64,000 nucleotides of DNA from a virus: positions 32,001-96,000 of the IMG/VR virus record IMGVR_UViG_3300020439_000003; one strand, written 5' to 3'. Position 1 is the stretch's first letter. Every line of letters begins with the position of its first letter. Under the pieces are notes generated by a model. It was not told the origin of the DNA and searched no databases. It worked only from the letters and a program-made list of their open reading frames with translations. The position numbers and the translations under genes were made by a program. This document shows, one piece after another, positions 27,988 through 37,567 of this stretch.

Positions 27988-28008
27988 AGGTGCAGAGACC
28001 ACTACTAT

Positions 28009-28716
28009 TTAACGGTGGACCACTAAATTATAGCGTTTCCTGTCAGAACAGCAACACCTTTTAGGGGTCCAAATTGGAAGAGATAATGAAAGTCTCGGTC
28101 CTTTGGTGTGTCGGGTGTTGTGGTATGCCCTTGCAGGAAAGTATAGCACATCCCCAGGCGTAAGTAAAGTGTCTATTGCTATTGTCAACTCATCCTCACT
28201 TGGTGTGTAGGGAGGATCTTCTCCTTCAATAAGATGTGATGCTCGTTCGTTATATACTTGCCACCTCGTTTCTCCATCCATTTGTATGATGAAGTTGACG
28301 GGTTTGTCCCAGTGTGGTTTGAAACTTGGGTGCGAATTGTCAGCGCCATTAGTAATAAAAATGTGACAGTCAGCACATCCATCAAAGGTCTCTTCAATCT
28401 TTGACAGTAACTCATCAACTTGTGGTTTACCATGACCATATTTACATATGTTAATAGTATAACCCATATTAGCAAGTTCAAAGAGTTCTTGCTTCTTTGG
28501 TACACCCATATAAAACCATGGTTCTTCCACCTGTTCCAGATCCATACGTCTACCATTATCATCAATCACTGTGATAACGTGATTCCATGGAGCATTCAGG
28601 GCATCTTCGGCATCTTGCCATGTAACAAATGGTTCAATAGCATTGCGCCACACTCGTGGACGATCGTCTGCCTGATATACCTCAGGATTGAGAAACTCTG
28701 GGTTTGAAATTAACAT
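28009..28716 (-). CDS. JmjC/cupin-4-like oxygenase (start MLISNP)
   Basis: SFKPHWD...FIIQMDGETRWQVY...LTPGDVLYFPARAYH...RLSLS. Confidence 0.85.
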   Translation of the reverse strand: MLISNPEFLNPEVYQADDRPRVWRNAIEPFVTWQDAEDALNAPWNHVITVIDDNGRRMDLEQVEEPWFYMGVPKKQELFELANMGYTINICKYGHGKPQVDELLSKIEETFDGCADCHIFITNGADNSHPSFKPHWDKPVNFIIQMDGETRWQVYNERASHLIEGEDPPYTPSEDELTIAIDTLLTPGDVLYFPARAYHNTRHTKGPRLSLSLPIWTPKRCCCSDRKRYNLVVHR

Positions 28717-29245
28717 TGAGTGCAATCCTATATCCTGTGGTGGGTGATGATGATGCATGTAATACATCACCTTTGAATACAACCATCTTGCCACGCTCAG
28801 GTGACACTCTCAACTGACATTGACGTTGAAATATACTCATCTCATCAGTGAAGAAGATAGTATCACCATCACTATCATTCACATAATATAATGCAGTGAT
28901 GTGTTCTTCTTCAAAGTCTACATGTGGACAGTGATGTTCTAGTTTGTCAGGTAGTAGGCAACCAAGGCGAACGCGATAAACATCAGAAAAATCTTGACCA
29001 GCAGCATCAGCAATAATCCTCAAAGCAGATTCAAATAGATCGTAGTATTGTGAGACAGGTTCATAGTCCATCACCACAACATGTGAGAATGAACTGTTAT
29101 CAAACCTACCTTCATATGGTCGATACCCACCATCAGCAAACGTGGTCTCTTTAACAAGATACCATGGGAACTGTTGTTGTGTTACAAGTCCCTCAATCTG
29201 ATCCTGAATAATATCAGGCAATGGATAATCAGAACTCAATAACAT
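28682..29245 (-). CDS. 2OG-Fe(II) oxygenase (start MLLSSD)
   Basis: PHVD...LYYVNDSDGDT...LHAS...RIALNVN. Confidence 0.85.
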   Translation of the reverse strand: MLLSSDYPLPDIIQDQIEGLVTQQQFPWYLVKETTFADGGYRPYEGRFDNSSFSHVVVMDYEPVSQYYDLFESALRIIADAAGQDFSDVYRVRLGCLLPDKLEHHCPHVDFEEEHITALYYVNDSDGDTIFFTDEMSIFQRQCQLRVSPERGKMVVFKGDVLHASSSPTTGYRIALNVNFKPRVSQS

Positions 29246-29933
29246 ATTGCTTACGGTCGCTGGGTACATCACGGGGATACATGCAAGGGATAGACATTGA
29301 TAGACGCTTACCACCAGGGAATGGTTTGTGATACGTTCTAGCAGGGATGTACATAACATCTCCCTCCTGTAATACTGTATCCAGAGCGATAGTTAGTTCC
29401 TGACCTGCCTTGTCTGGTAGATAAGGTTCGTCTGTCATTTCGATCAGACCACTACATCTCTCCTCGTATACATTCCAGTGTGTTTCACCTTCAATCTGAC
29501 AAATAAAGTTAGGTGGTAGATCCCAGTGAGCACCAAATGACTTGCTGCCCTCCTTAGCACTACCAAATATATGTGCGTCACAATTACAATCAAACATCGC
29601 TTCAATGTTCTCCAACAGATTATCTACTGCTGGATTGTAATGACCATACTGTTCAATGATAAATGTATGACCTTCATTGATTGCTTGGAATAGTTCTTCC
29701 TTGTGTGCCACACCTTGTTCATACCATACTTCAAATTTCTCAGGTAGCATCAATCGACGACCCTCAAAGTTGAGGATCTGGGTTCTATAATACCATGGAT
29801 TATTAAAACAGTGTGTGACTGTATCCCAGTTGACATACTGTGAGAGATTATCTAATGCCTTACGCCATACCTTTGGTTTATCACCACACACAAACTCCTT
29901 AGGATTGAGGAATGGTAGTATCAATTTATTCAT
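29229..29933 (-). CDS. JmjC/cupin-4-like oxygenase (start MNKLIL)
   Basis: SFGAHWD...FICQIEGETHWNVY...GDVMYIPARTYH...RLSMS; paralog of 28009-28716. Confidence 0.85.
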   Translation of the reverse strand: MNKLILPFLNPKEFVCGDKPKVWRKALDNLSQYVNWDTVTHCFNNPWYYRTQILNFEGRRLMLPEKFEVWYEQGVAHKEELFQAINEGHTFIIEQYGHYNPAVDNLLENIEAMFDCNCDAHIFGSAKEGSKSFGAHWDLPPNFICQIEGETHWNVYEERCSGLIEMTDEPYLPDKAGQELTIALDTVLQEGDVMYIPARTYHKPFPGGKRLSMSIPCMYPRDVPSDRKQYVIEF

Positions 29934-30591
29934 GTAAATCACCCTCAGATTGGTCAATAGAACAACCTGCTACATTGATACTAATAGCAATACGTTCACC
30001 TACTGCTGGTTGTGTGCGATGCTTCAACCATGATGGGAAGATGAAGTAATCAAATGATTTTGAAGGTTGTGTGTTCCACTTCAAATCACTACCACAATGT
30101 GTTCCATCGTCAGAAATATCATAGTCAAATTCTAGTGGTGTCATGCGAAGAATATCTTCCAGAGGATTCTTGAATTGAAGATGACCATGCTCTGGATCTT
30201 TCTGCAAGTGATAAACAATACTCACATGTGATTTACTACGTTGACCACTGATGTGACAATGTTCTCCTGTTGTATCACCATCGTTATGCAAATTTGCCCA
30301 CATACTATCAATGTAGACATGCAAATCTCTCCTATAATTTAGTGTCCACTTCCAATACTCATGAGCAGCAACCATCACTGGATGTAGCATCCAGTCAAAC
30401 TCTTCATGGTCAAATAGTTCTTTACCACCTAACAATCCACCAGTAGACTTACCGTCTTCTAGTGCCCATGAACCACGAGTAGTTTTCGACCAGTATTCAT
30501 CGTAGAGTAATCTCTTAGTTGCTTCTAACTGCTCGGGGGTTGGTTCTATGCTGCCACGACAGATAGGAGTATCAAATAGTCTGCTTAGCAT
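29926..30591 (-). CDS. 2OG-Fe(II) oxygenase-like protein (TIGR02466-type)
   Basis: MWANLH...HCH...IFPSWLKHRT...RIAISIN. Confidence 0.85.
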   Translation of the reverse strand: MLSRLFDTPICRGSIEPTPEQLEATKRLLYDEYWSKTTRGSWALEDGKSTGGLLGGKELFDHEEFDWMLHPVMVAAHEYWKWTLNYRRDLHVYIDSMWANLHNDGDTTGEHCHISGQRSKSHVSIVYHLQKDPEHGHLQFKNPLEDILRMTPLEFDYDISDDGTHCGSDLKWNTQPSKSFDYFIFPSWLKHRTQPAVGERIAISINVAGCSIDQSEGDLHE

Positions 30592-31249
30592 TCTTCCTAA
30601 TAGTATTGTACAAGTTTTCCTTGTTTCTCACTGGTACGAAATTAAATGAGATACTAATTCTATCATCCTCTGTCTGATTGTCTCGCACAGCATGAGGAAC
30701 CCATGCAGGAAATAAGAATAGTCTACCAGCAAGTGGTGGATATTCATATGTAGTATCAGTATGTGGCACTGCTGCGGTAGACATATCCTCAGCAATACCA
30801 AGAGAATGGATTAGATAACCCTCAGTATGATCCTTATAGAATACTAACTTACCACACTCACCCTCTGGTACTTTGACATAAAAGACACCAGACATCACAG
30901 CACCAGGATGTACATGGACCTCGTTATATCCTCCATGTCCATTGATGTTCATCCAGACATTTGCATACTCAATATGTGACATCTCTGCCCCATATGTACC
31001 AAATGCTATCTCTGCATTCTTTTTAATAACATACAGCAGTTTCTTAAACTCATCACCTTCAAGTGATTCGTCATTCAATATCTGCTCACCCAAATAATCG
31101 GGAGACTGATAGTTCAGTTCTCCACGATTACTACGGTATTGACCTTCATTATTGTTCGCAATATCGAGAACAATATCAGTCATTGCATTGACATCAATAT
31201 CTAGATCAGTCCACCACACAGGCGTGGGGAAAATATAATCAAGATTCAT
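30572..31249 (-). CDS. 2OG-Fe(II) oxygenase-like protein (TIGR02466-type)
   Basis: WMNIN...HVHPG...SGVFYV...FPAWVPHAV...RISISFN. Confidence 0.9.
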   Translation of the reverse strand: MNLDYIFPTPVWWTDLDIDVNAMTDIVLDIANNNEGQYRSNRGELNYQSPDYLGEQILNDESLEGDEFKKLLYVIKKNAEIAFGTYGAEMSHIEYANVWMNINGHGGYNEVHVHPGAVMSGVFYVKVPEGECGKLVFYKDHTEGYLIHSLGIAEDMSTAAVPHTDTTYEYPPLAGRLFLFPAWVPHAVRDNQTEDDRISISFNFVPVRNKENLYNTIRKNAKQTI

Positions 31250-31734
31250 TACTTAGTCTTATTCAGTTCTTCGTCAGTTGCTGCTTGATTGCTCTCCCAG
31301 TTACTAAACTTGGAGTAATCCTTACCTTTCTTACTGTAAGGAGAGTTGGTCTTAACTTTGACCAACTTACGCTTCTCTTGGATCTCACTTTCAATCCAAG
31401 GTTCAGGATCAACACCCATGACAAACTGACGGTAGAGGTTAAGTGTTTCCAGTCCACCTTCCAGTTTCACAATCTCATCACGAAGTGCATTCATTTGAGT
31501 GAAGTCAACACGAGTCTCTTCTCTATCAAATGACATTGCACTCAATGCTTCTTGGAGTTTAGAATACTCATTGTATTTCTCACGATGTTGATACATCAGG
31601 TTACGCCAGAGATCATCAAAAGACTTGACTGCTTCCTTTGCAGATTCAACTTCTTCGATGAGTTCGGGCGGAAGGTCCACTTCAAGTGCTTCTTCTAGCA
31701 CTTCTTGTGATACATTTTCCTCAGACATAATCAT
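31249..31734 (-). CDS. Hypothetical coiled-coil protein
   Basis: ATGA-coupled to the halogenase stop; acidic and helical. Confidence 0.7.
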   Translation of the reverse strand: MIMSEENVSQEVLEEALEVDLPPELIEEVESAKEAVKSFDDLWRNLMYQHREKYNEYSKLQEALSAMSFDREETRVDFTQMNALRDEIVKLEGGLETLNLYRQFVMGVDPEPWIESEIQEKRKLVKVKTNSPYSKKGKDYSKFSNWESNQAATDEELNKTK

Positions 31735-33320
31735 TCCTTGTAAATAGTGTTCTTTTGGAACTGGTAGGACGACGGTAAAGTCATACACCAATCATACATC
31801 TCTTTGTCCCATTCGTCAAACCTCAGTTCTGCTGTTAGTAGTTCTTCGGCATCGACTCGCGGATCGAGACTGTTCTGTAACCTTTTCAGGGTCAACGTGT
31901 GATTATTTAGTGGGTTGAATCCCATGCCTGCTGCAATATACCTCAACCCATCATTGTGTGCTGGATCACCAGCAAACTCATAGAGCACATGCTTCTCGGA
32001 TGCATATCTCATGAAGAGATTATCAAGGGCACCAGTAGAGAAATCATAATCTATTTCATTAGAAACATACTGCCAGTATTCTGTCTCTCTATTAGAGAAA
32101 GCATAATGGGCAGCAATGAAGTTTTTGAATCCTTCAATCTCTAAATCGTTGACTATATTTAGCATGTCAACTTCTACCCTAGGAACGAATCCTTGACGCC
32201 CTGAGAGGTTATTACATAGGCGTATGATCTGTTCATGGGTAACAAGCAGTCCCGTCGCTTCTAGGGGTTCTACGAAGCAGTTAGAGAGACCAACTGCACA
32301 TACATTCTTGACCCATGATTTCTCATGTTTACCATTTCTAAATGGTACATGGTTGAATGATGCTTTATCAGCACGTTCTTTACCTCTGGTCTTAATCAGA
32401 TAGTTATACAGTTGATGTTCTGCCTCACCCTTAGTTGCAAACCCAGATGAGTATACATATCCAACACCAGATCTCTCCCACAGTGGTACATCCCACACCC
32501 AACCATTATCAATGGCAGTGCAATTTGTACTGTTAGTAATCTCTGTCTCCTTATCTACATGTGGCATGTGACATGTCACAGCACTATCATTAAGAAGGCA
32601 ACCACCACCATCTTTGTGGAATGAAACAAAATCTTGCTTCATGAATCCACCAAGTAAGAGTGATTTGAATCCAGTACAATCAATATACAGATCATACTCA
32701 AACTCACGATCATCGTCAGTGATTAGTTTAGTAATATATCCTTGACTGTCTTTCTCACAACGAGCAATGTTACCTTGATGATAATCAAGACCCAAAGGTA
32801 GACACCAGTTGTTCTTCAACCACTGACCAAACTTAATGGCATCCATGTGGTATGCAGTGTCTGCTTCAAAGTGAAACCTAGGGTCATCAGTTAGTTTATT
32901 ATGATGCGCCAGTTGTCCCACTAAGTTGTGAAGACGTGCGAATGATTGTCTTGGATACTTCTCTGGATTCTGTAAATTAAGAGAGAACCATGACATCCAC
33001 CCATGTGGACATAGTTCTAGTCTCTCTTGTGCAGATCCAAAAGGATAATCCCAGGTCTCTCCTTCCTTATAGAAATCATTGAACCTGATATTAGTTTTAT
33101 ATGTGGATCCAGTATCTTTCATCCACATATGATCTTCTAAACCAAGAATGGCAAAGAAGTCATTGATCTGACCCAAAGTAGATTCACCTACACCAATAAC
33201 AGGGTAGTCTGGTGATTCAATCAGTGAAGTTTTAATATGTGGGCAAAGTTTCAAAAGGGCGGCAGCGGTCATCCAACCAGCAGTGCCGCCCCCCACGATG
33301 AGGACATTACGAATTTGCAT
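31731..33320 (-). CDS. Flavin-dependent tryptophan halogenase family protein (PrnA-like)
   Basis: GGGTAGW, GVGEST, TYK (catalytic Lys position), IDCTGF, GWVWDVP (WxWxIP-like) and FVEPLEATG. Confidence 0.93.
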   Translation of the reverse strand: MQIRNVLIVGGGTAGWMTAAALLKLCPHIKTSLIESPDYPVIGVGESTLGQINDFFAILGLEDHMWMKDTGSTYKTNIRFNDFYKEGETWDYPFGSAQERLELCPHGWMSWFSLNLQNPEKYPRQSFARLHNLVGQLAHHNKLTDDPRFHFEADTAYHMDAIKFGQWLKNNWCLPLGLDYHQGNIARCEKDSQGYITKLITDDDREFEYDLYIDCTGFKSLLLGGFMKQDFVSFHKDGGGCLLNDSAVTCHMPHVDKETEITNSTNCTAIDNGWVWDVPLWERSGVGYVYSSGFATKGEAEHQLYNYLIKTRGKERADKASFNHVPFRNGKHEKSWVKNVCAVGLSNCFVEPLEATGLLVTHEQIIRLCNNLSGRQGFVPRVEVDMLNIVNDLEIEGFKNFIAAHYAFSNRETEYWQYVSNEIDYDFSTGALDNLFMRYASEKHVLYEFAGDPAHNDGLRYIAAGMGFNPLNNHTLTLKRLQNSLDPRVDAEELLTAELRFDEWDKEMYDWCMTLPSSYQFQKNTIYKE

Positions 33321-33323
33321 AAA

Positions 33324-33932
33324 TTAGTCTTCTCTGACTGTCTCAGGATGTTCAGTTACTGCTTCACCTAGTTCGGGGTTAGTATCTACTGCTTCGGCAG
33401 ATGCAGGGGCAGTAGTAACAGGTTGATCTGCCATAGTTTCAGCGGCAGGTGCATCATGAAGATCAGGGTTGTATGCACCAACCTTGAACTCTTTCTGTGC
33501 TTCCACAGGAATCTCAAACTCAGTCAACCATGAAGGAATCTCTTCACTATGAGGGAAGGGTTCGTTAGGCAGAACTTTGTTACCTTCTTCATCATATTCA
33601 ACCTCAGGGAGTTCAGTCTTCACACCAGCAATGTGCTTGAAGAATTCACCACCCTTAGCAGCATCGCCGAAGAGTCCTGCTTCAATATCTTTATACAACT
33701 TGGACAGTTGCATACCAGGATCACCATATGCAACGATACGGAGAGTCTCAGGATCATGGAATTCAAAGTCAGGAATCCACTCACCAAGTTCAAGTTTCCA
33801 GTCGATAGTACCTTCGTCAGGAATATCGATCCATCTCAAACCAGAACCAGGTCCAGTGTAGACTTCAAACTCTTCACCTTCGTTGATGATGTCTGTAATA
33901 AATCCGTCTGCGCGGACAAGTGCTCTTTTCAT
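33324..33932 (-). CDS. Hypothetical protein, possibly a tail-fibre assembly chaperone
   Basis: Follows the Gly-rich fibre genes; R..AYGD.GMQL..LYKDI...FF.HI..VK helical module; acidic Ala/Pro-rich tail. Confidence 0.45.
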   Translation of the reverse strand: MKRALVRADGFITDIINEGEEFEVYTGPGSGLRWIDIPDEGTIDWKLELGEWIPDFEFHDPETLRIVAYGDPGMQLSKLYKDIEAGLFGDAAKGGEFFKHIAGVKTELPEVEYDEEGNKVLPNEPFPHSEEIPSWLTEFEIPVEAQKEFKVGAYNPDLHDAPAAETMADQPVTTAPASAEAVDTNPELGEAVTEHPETVRED

Positions 33933-33938
33933 TGTTCT

Positions 33939-34739
33939 TTAATCGAATTCGTAAACGACAACAATACCCTGACGACCGTCGCCGCCACGTTCTCTGTTTC
34001 TAGCAGAAGAACCGCCAGCACCGTAAGCAGCATGACCTCTATGGCGCTGCGCCCACTGTTGCTGTCTGTGAGAAGTTGGTGAAGAACCACCCCAGAAGGA
34101 GTGTCCACCATGACCGAGACCAGGAGGATTACGGTGACCCTGTGAAGAACCACCATAGATTCTTACAGCACCCTGAGAGGGGTTACCACCAGTAGATCCA
34201 TCATGTTGTTGTCTACGGTTGGCACCCTGTCCACCACCAGATGAACAGTAGTTACCGAAACTTGATGTACCACCATTGCCACCACGTTGAGAATAGTTAG
34301 TACCACCACCTGCACCACCCACGGTCACAGAGATAGAGTTAATGTTCTGAACGTTGACAATCTGCTCAGTGTGTGCGCCAGCAGCACCAGATTCTCCATA
34401 ACCTGATCCACCGCCACCACCAGCAGTACACATAACCCAGATACGTTTAATACCTGTGGGTTTGTTCCAAGTGGAGTTACTATTGTACACTGAGATAGAC
34501 TTAGGTCCACCACCAGTTTGTACAGTTGCCCACGACATCGATGTGCCGTTGGTAGAGAGATACTTACCTGATTGTCCCGAGATAGATGGGATAACCTGAG
34601 AAGATGAACCACCGATAGTTCCATTGATTACGATGTTACTAACGGTAAGAGTACCGTTCACAGTAATAGAACCAGAACTGAGGTTAAGTCCACCAGAACC
34701 AGATAGGTCTCTAATTGAAGATACTTTAAGGGTACTCAT
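33939..34739 (-). CDS. Glycine-rich tail-fibre/adhesin-like protein, paralog A
   Basis: STWNKP...CTAGGGGGSG...GIVVVYEF Gly-rich domain; has its own TATAAATA promoter. Confidence 0.7.
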   Translation of the reverse strand: MSTLKVSSIRDLSGSGGLNLSSGSITVNGTLTVSNIVINGTIGGSSSQVIPSISGQSGKYLSTNGTSMSWATVQTGGGPKSISVYNSNSTWNKPTGIKRIWVMCTAGGGGGSGYGESGAAGAHTEQIVNVQNINSISVTVGGAGGGTNYSQRGGNGGTSSFGNYCSSGGGQGANRRQQHDGSTGGNPSQGAVRIYGGSSQGHRNPPGLGHGGHSFWGGSSPTSHRQQQWAQRHRGHAAYGAGGSSARNRERGGDGRQGIVVVYEFD

Positions 34740-34763
34740 TGATTACTAGGTCTCCTTCGTTGT

Positions 34764-34771
34764 TATTTATA
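34764..34771 (-). promoter_or_regulatory. T4 late promoter TATAAATA
   Basis: Perfect consensus followed by a GGAG RBS and the ATG at 34739. Confidence 0.8.
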
Positions 34772-35575
34772 TCAAATGAATTCGTAGACTACGATGATGC
34801 CTTGGCGTCCATCACCACCACGTTCTCTGTTACGACCTGAGGAACCACCAGCACCATAGGCAGCATGTCCTCTGTGACGTTGTGCCCATTGCTGCTGTCT
34901 GTGTGCAGTTGGAGATGCACCGCCCCAGAATGATCCACCACCATGTCCTAGACCTGGGGGATTTCTGTGACCTTGACTTGACCCTCCATAAATTCTAACA
35001 GAACCTTGTGATGGGTTCCCGCCTGTGGATCCATCGTGCTGCTGTCTGCGATTTGCGCCTTGACCGCCGCCTGATGAGCAGTAGTTACCAAATGATGACG
35101 TTCCACCATTGCCAGCGCGACCACTGTAATTAACACCACCACCACCGCCACCAACTGTAACACTAATCGAGTTGATATTTGTGACATCTACAAAAGACTC
35201 CGTGTGAGCACCAGCAGCACCTGATTCACCATAACCTGAACCACCACCGCCACCAGCAGTACATTTAACCCAGATACGCTTAACTCCACTAGGTTTGTTC
35301 CAAGTGGAGTTACTATTGTATACCGAAATACTATTAGGAAGACCTAAGTTACCACCACCTTGTTGCCAAGAGATAGTAGAACCATTGGTGTAAAGGAACT
35401 TACCGCCTTGACCCGACTGTGATGGAATAATATATCCAGAGGATCCAGTTACGTTTCCGTTAATAACAATATGAGTTACATTGAGAGTCCCGTTCGCAGT
35501 AATAGAACCACCAGAGAAGGACATACCCCCTTGGTTACCTAGATCTTTTACTTGTGCTACATTTAGTCGAGTCAT
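34772..35575 (-). CDS. Glycine-rich tail-fibre/adhesin-like protein, paralog B
   Basis: C-terminal two-thirds nearly identical in protein sequence to 33939-34739. Confidence 0.7.
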   Translation of the reverse strand: MTRLNVAQVKDLGNQGGMSFSGGSITANGTLNVTHIVINGNVTGSSGYIIPSQSGQGGKFLYTNGSTISWQQGGGNLGLPNSISVYNSNSTWNKPSGVKRIWVKCTAGGGGGSGYGESGAAGAHTESFVDVTNINSISVTVGGGGGGVNYSGRAGNGGTSSFGNYCSSGGGQGANRRQQHDGSTGGNPSQGSVRIYGGSSQGHRNPPGLGHGGGSFWGGASPTAHRQQQWAQRHRGHAAYGAGGSSGRNRERGGDGRQGIIVVYEFI

Positions 35576-36315
35576 TGTTGTTGATCTAACTCTTTTCTTT
35601 TATTTAGTTGTTCAGCACCTACATGTTGAAGTGGAACAACCCTGAACGCATACTTACCATTATCTAGGATCTCGGGAATAAAGTTCATACTAATAGTAGT
35701 ACGTCCCTTCCAGAGATTGAAGACACCTTCATAACCATGCACAGTCTCTGCTGACCATATAAACAGACAACCTTCTTGTGGTTTGGTCTGGTGAACTTCC
35801 TTTGTATATTTATTACCCTCGTTTGCTATACGAGGTGATCTCATCTGTTGAATAACTGGATGTCCCTCTTTCTGAGGTACACGATAGAAATCCAAAGGTG
35901 AATGAATCTTGGGATCAAAGTCAACAAAATATGTACCAACGATGATACAGTTGTTGTGATTGTGTTTGATCTGCCAACAATGCTCTTTCGAGCAATGATT
36001 CAACCAACAGTCAGTAATCAATAGATTAGATCCATTGAGTTCATATTCTAACACATCAGTGAAGTAGTCAGTCGCTGCGTCTAACAGAAACTTCTCAAAG
36101 TCTTTGAATCGATCATCATAACGTAAAAGATTACTATTAGAGATATTAAAGTAATGGTGCAGATTCTCCTCTGCTACATTACTATTCCACTCAGGATGCC
36201 CTGGTTGTATCTCATCAATGATCTTATGACATACTTCCTTGATAACCTCATTGTCGCCATCATAATAATACTTCCCAAAGACTTGTGGGAAGTATTCTTC
36301 AAGTTCACGTTTCAT
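35572..36315 (-). CDS. 2OG-Fe(II) oxygenase-like protein (TIGR02466-type)
   Basis: CWLNH...HNH...GTYFV...IWSAETVHG...RTTISMN. Confidence 0.8.
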   Translation of the reverse strand: MKRELEEYFPQVFGKYYYDGDNEVIKEVCHKIIDEIQPGHPEWNSNVAEENLHHYFNISNSNLLRYDDRFKDFEKFLLDAATDYFTDVLEYELNGSNLLITDCWLNHCSKEHCWQIKHNHNNCIIVGTYFVDFDPKIHSPLDFYRVPQKEGHPVIQQMRSPRIANEGNKYTKEVHQTKPQEGCLFIWSAETVHGYEGVFNLWKGRTTISMNFIPEILDNGKYAFRVVPLQHVGAEQLNKRKELDQQQ

Positions 36316-37565
36316 CTATTATGTTGATTAGTTGATAACAAATAGTAACTTCCGATACTGTATGCACCACCGTCATTGAATCCGATGTTGCTAAGGTTTT
36401 TCAAGTTGTTTCTTGATCCACCGTACATATTTAGATAACCGCTGTCAGAGTAGTCACCGTTAGGTTCAGAGTGGGTGTTGTCTCTCAACCACCACTTTCC
36501 ACCATCAGGTACACGCCACTCACCAACATTGTTACCACCATAGTCAGATGACCTCATAATACGAGAGGTGTAGTTACCTCCACCACCGTTCTTGAAGACA
36601 GCGCCACACCCAACAAAGAAGTTAGGCCAGTTACCTCCGTTGACGATTGTAGCATAGTTAGCAGCAGCACGCCATGCATACTTGGAGCGACCATAGAACA
36701 TATCAAGACCAAAGTCAACACCAGAGTGATACTGACCATTGTAATTCACACTACGACCACCACCATTGATGGGATAGAAGTCATAACCACCACCATCCTC
36801 TGTGGTATCAACATACATTTGCAGTGCGTTGGGCATACTGTGTGACTGGATCCAGTATGTTCCATTGCTATTGCAGTGTCCATATTCTACACCAAACTTA
36901 CCAGATTCAAGTGGAGAACTAGGTGAACTACCATTACCAAAGTTTAGTTCAGATGCATTAACAATCTCTAACTTAGCATGGGAGATATAATATGCTTCGT
37001 CGCCTCTACTTTGGTTCAGTCCAGTATAGTGTTCAATACTAATACTATTAGAGGTATGTTGTCTCCAACCAGATGAAAACTTAATATACCCCATTGATGA
37101 GTCATTAGAACCGTTCCATGGTTCATAACTATAATCAACGTTGAAACGTGCTAACAATACAGGAGAAGTTTCAGACTGGTTATGGTCACAGTTCATCTCT
37201 CTGAATCTGTTCTCATTCCAGATCTTACGCCAGTTAGCAATACGATTGCCATCAATGTTGACGTATTGATACTCATTATCCCATGAGTCAACATGGTGAA
37301 TAACACACGAATACTTAATGTATTGGTGTGATGGTAATCCACTCAGGTTGAGTGTATAGGATCTAGGAGATCCACCCCAACCGTGCCAATATCCTGTGCT
37401 AGAAAACTCAGGACGTGCGTACATACTGGAATACTCACTACGATTCCAGTTAGAGAGATAGTTACGACAGTCGTTTCCTTCGTCGTACCAAACTTCTCGT
37501 TGAGCAAAACCTCCGCCACCACCGCCGCCGATAGTAGCAATTTTAGCGAGTCCAATACTAGGCAT
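36312..37565 (-). CDS. Putative fibre or receptor-binding protein with carbohydrate-binding/fibrinogen-like modules
   Basis: Trp/Gly/Asn/Tyr-rich; DSWDNE and NGTYWI...MYVDTTEDGGG motifs. Confidence 0.5.
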   Translation of the reverse strand: MPSIGLAKIATIGGGGGGGFAQREVWYDEGNDCRNYLSNWNRSEYSSMYARPEFSSTGYWHGWGGSPRSYTLNLSGLPSHQYIKYSCVIHHVDSWDNEYQYVNIDGNRIANWRKIWNENRFREMNCDHNQSETSPVLLARFNVDYSYEPWNGSNDSSMGYIKFSSGWRQHTSNSISIEHYTGLNQSRGDEAYYISHAKLEIVNASELNFGNGSSPSSPLESGKFGVEYGHCNSNGTYWIQSHSMPNALQMYVDTTEDGGGYDFYPINGGGRSVNYNGQYHSGVDFGLDMFYGRSKYAWRAAANYATIVNGGNWPNFFVGCGAVFKNGGGGNYTSRIMRSSDYGGNNVGEWRVPDGGKWWLRDNTHSEPNGDYSDSGYLNMYGGSRNNLKNLSNIGFNDGGAYSIGSYYLLSTNQHNR

Positions 37566-37567
37566 AA

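Noticed and set aside
33939-35575. Gly-rich paralog pair as template/variable repeats of a diversity-generating retroelement
   Set aside because: Differences are mostly synonymous and not adenine-specific, both copies are intact genes, and no reverse transcriptase occurs in the window.
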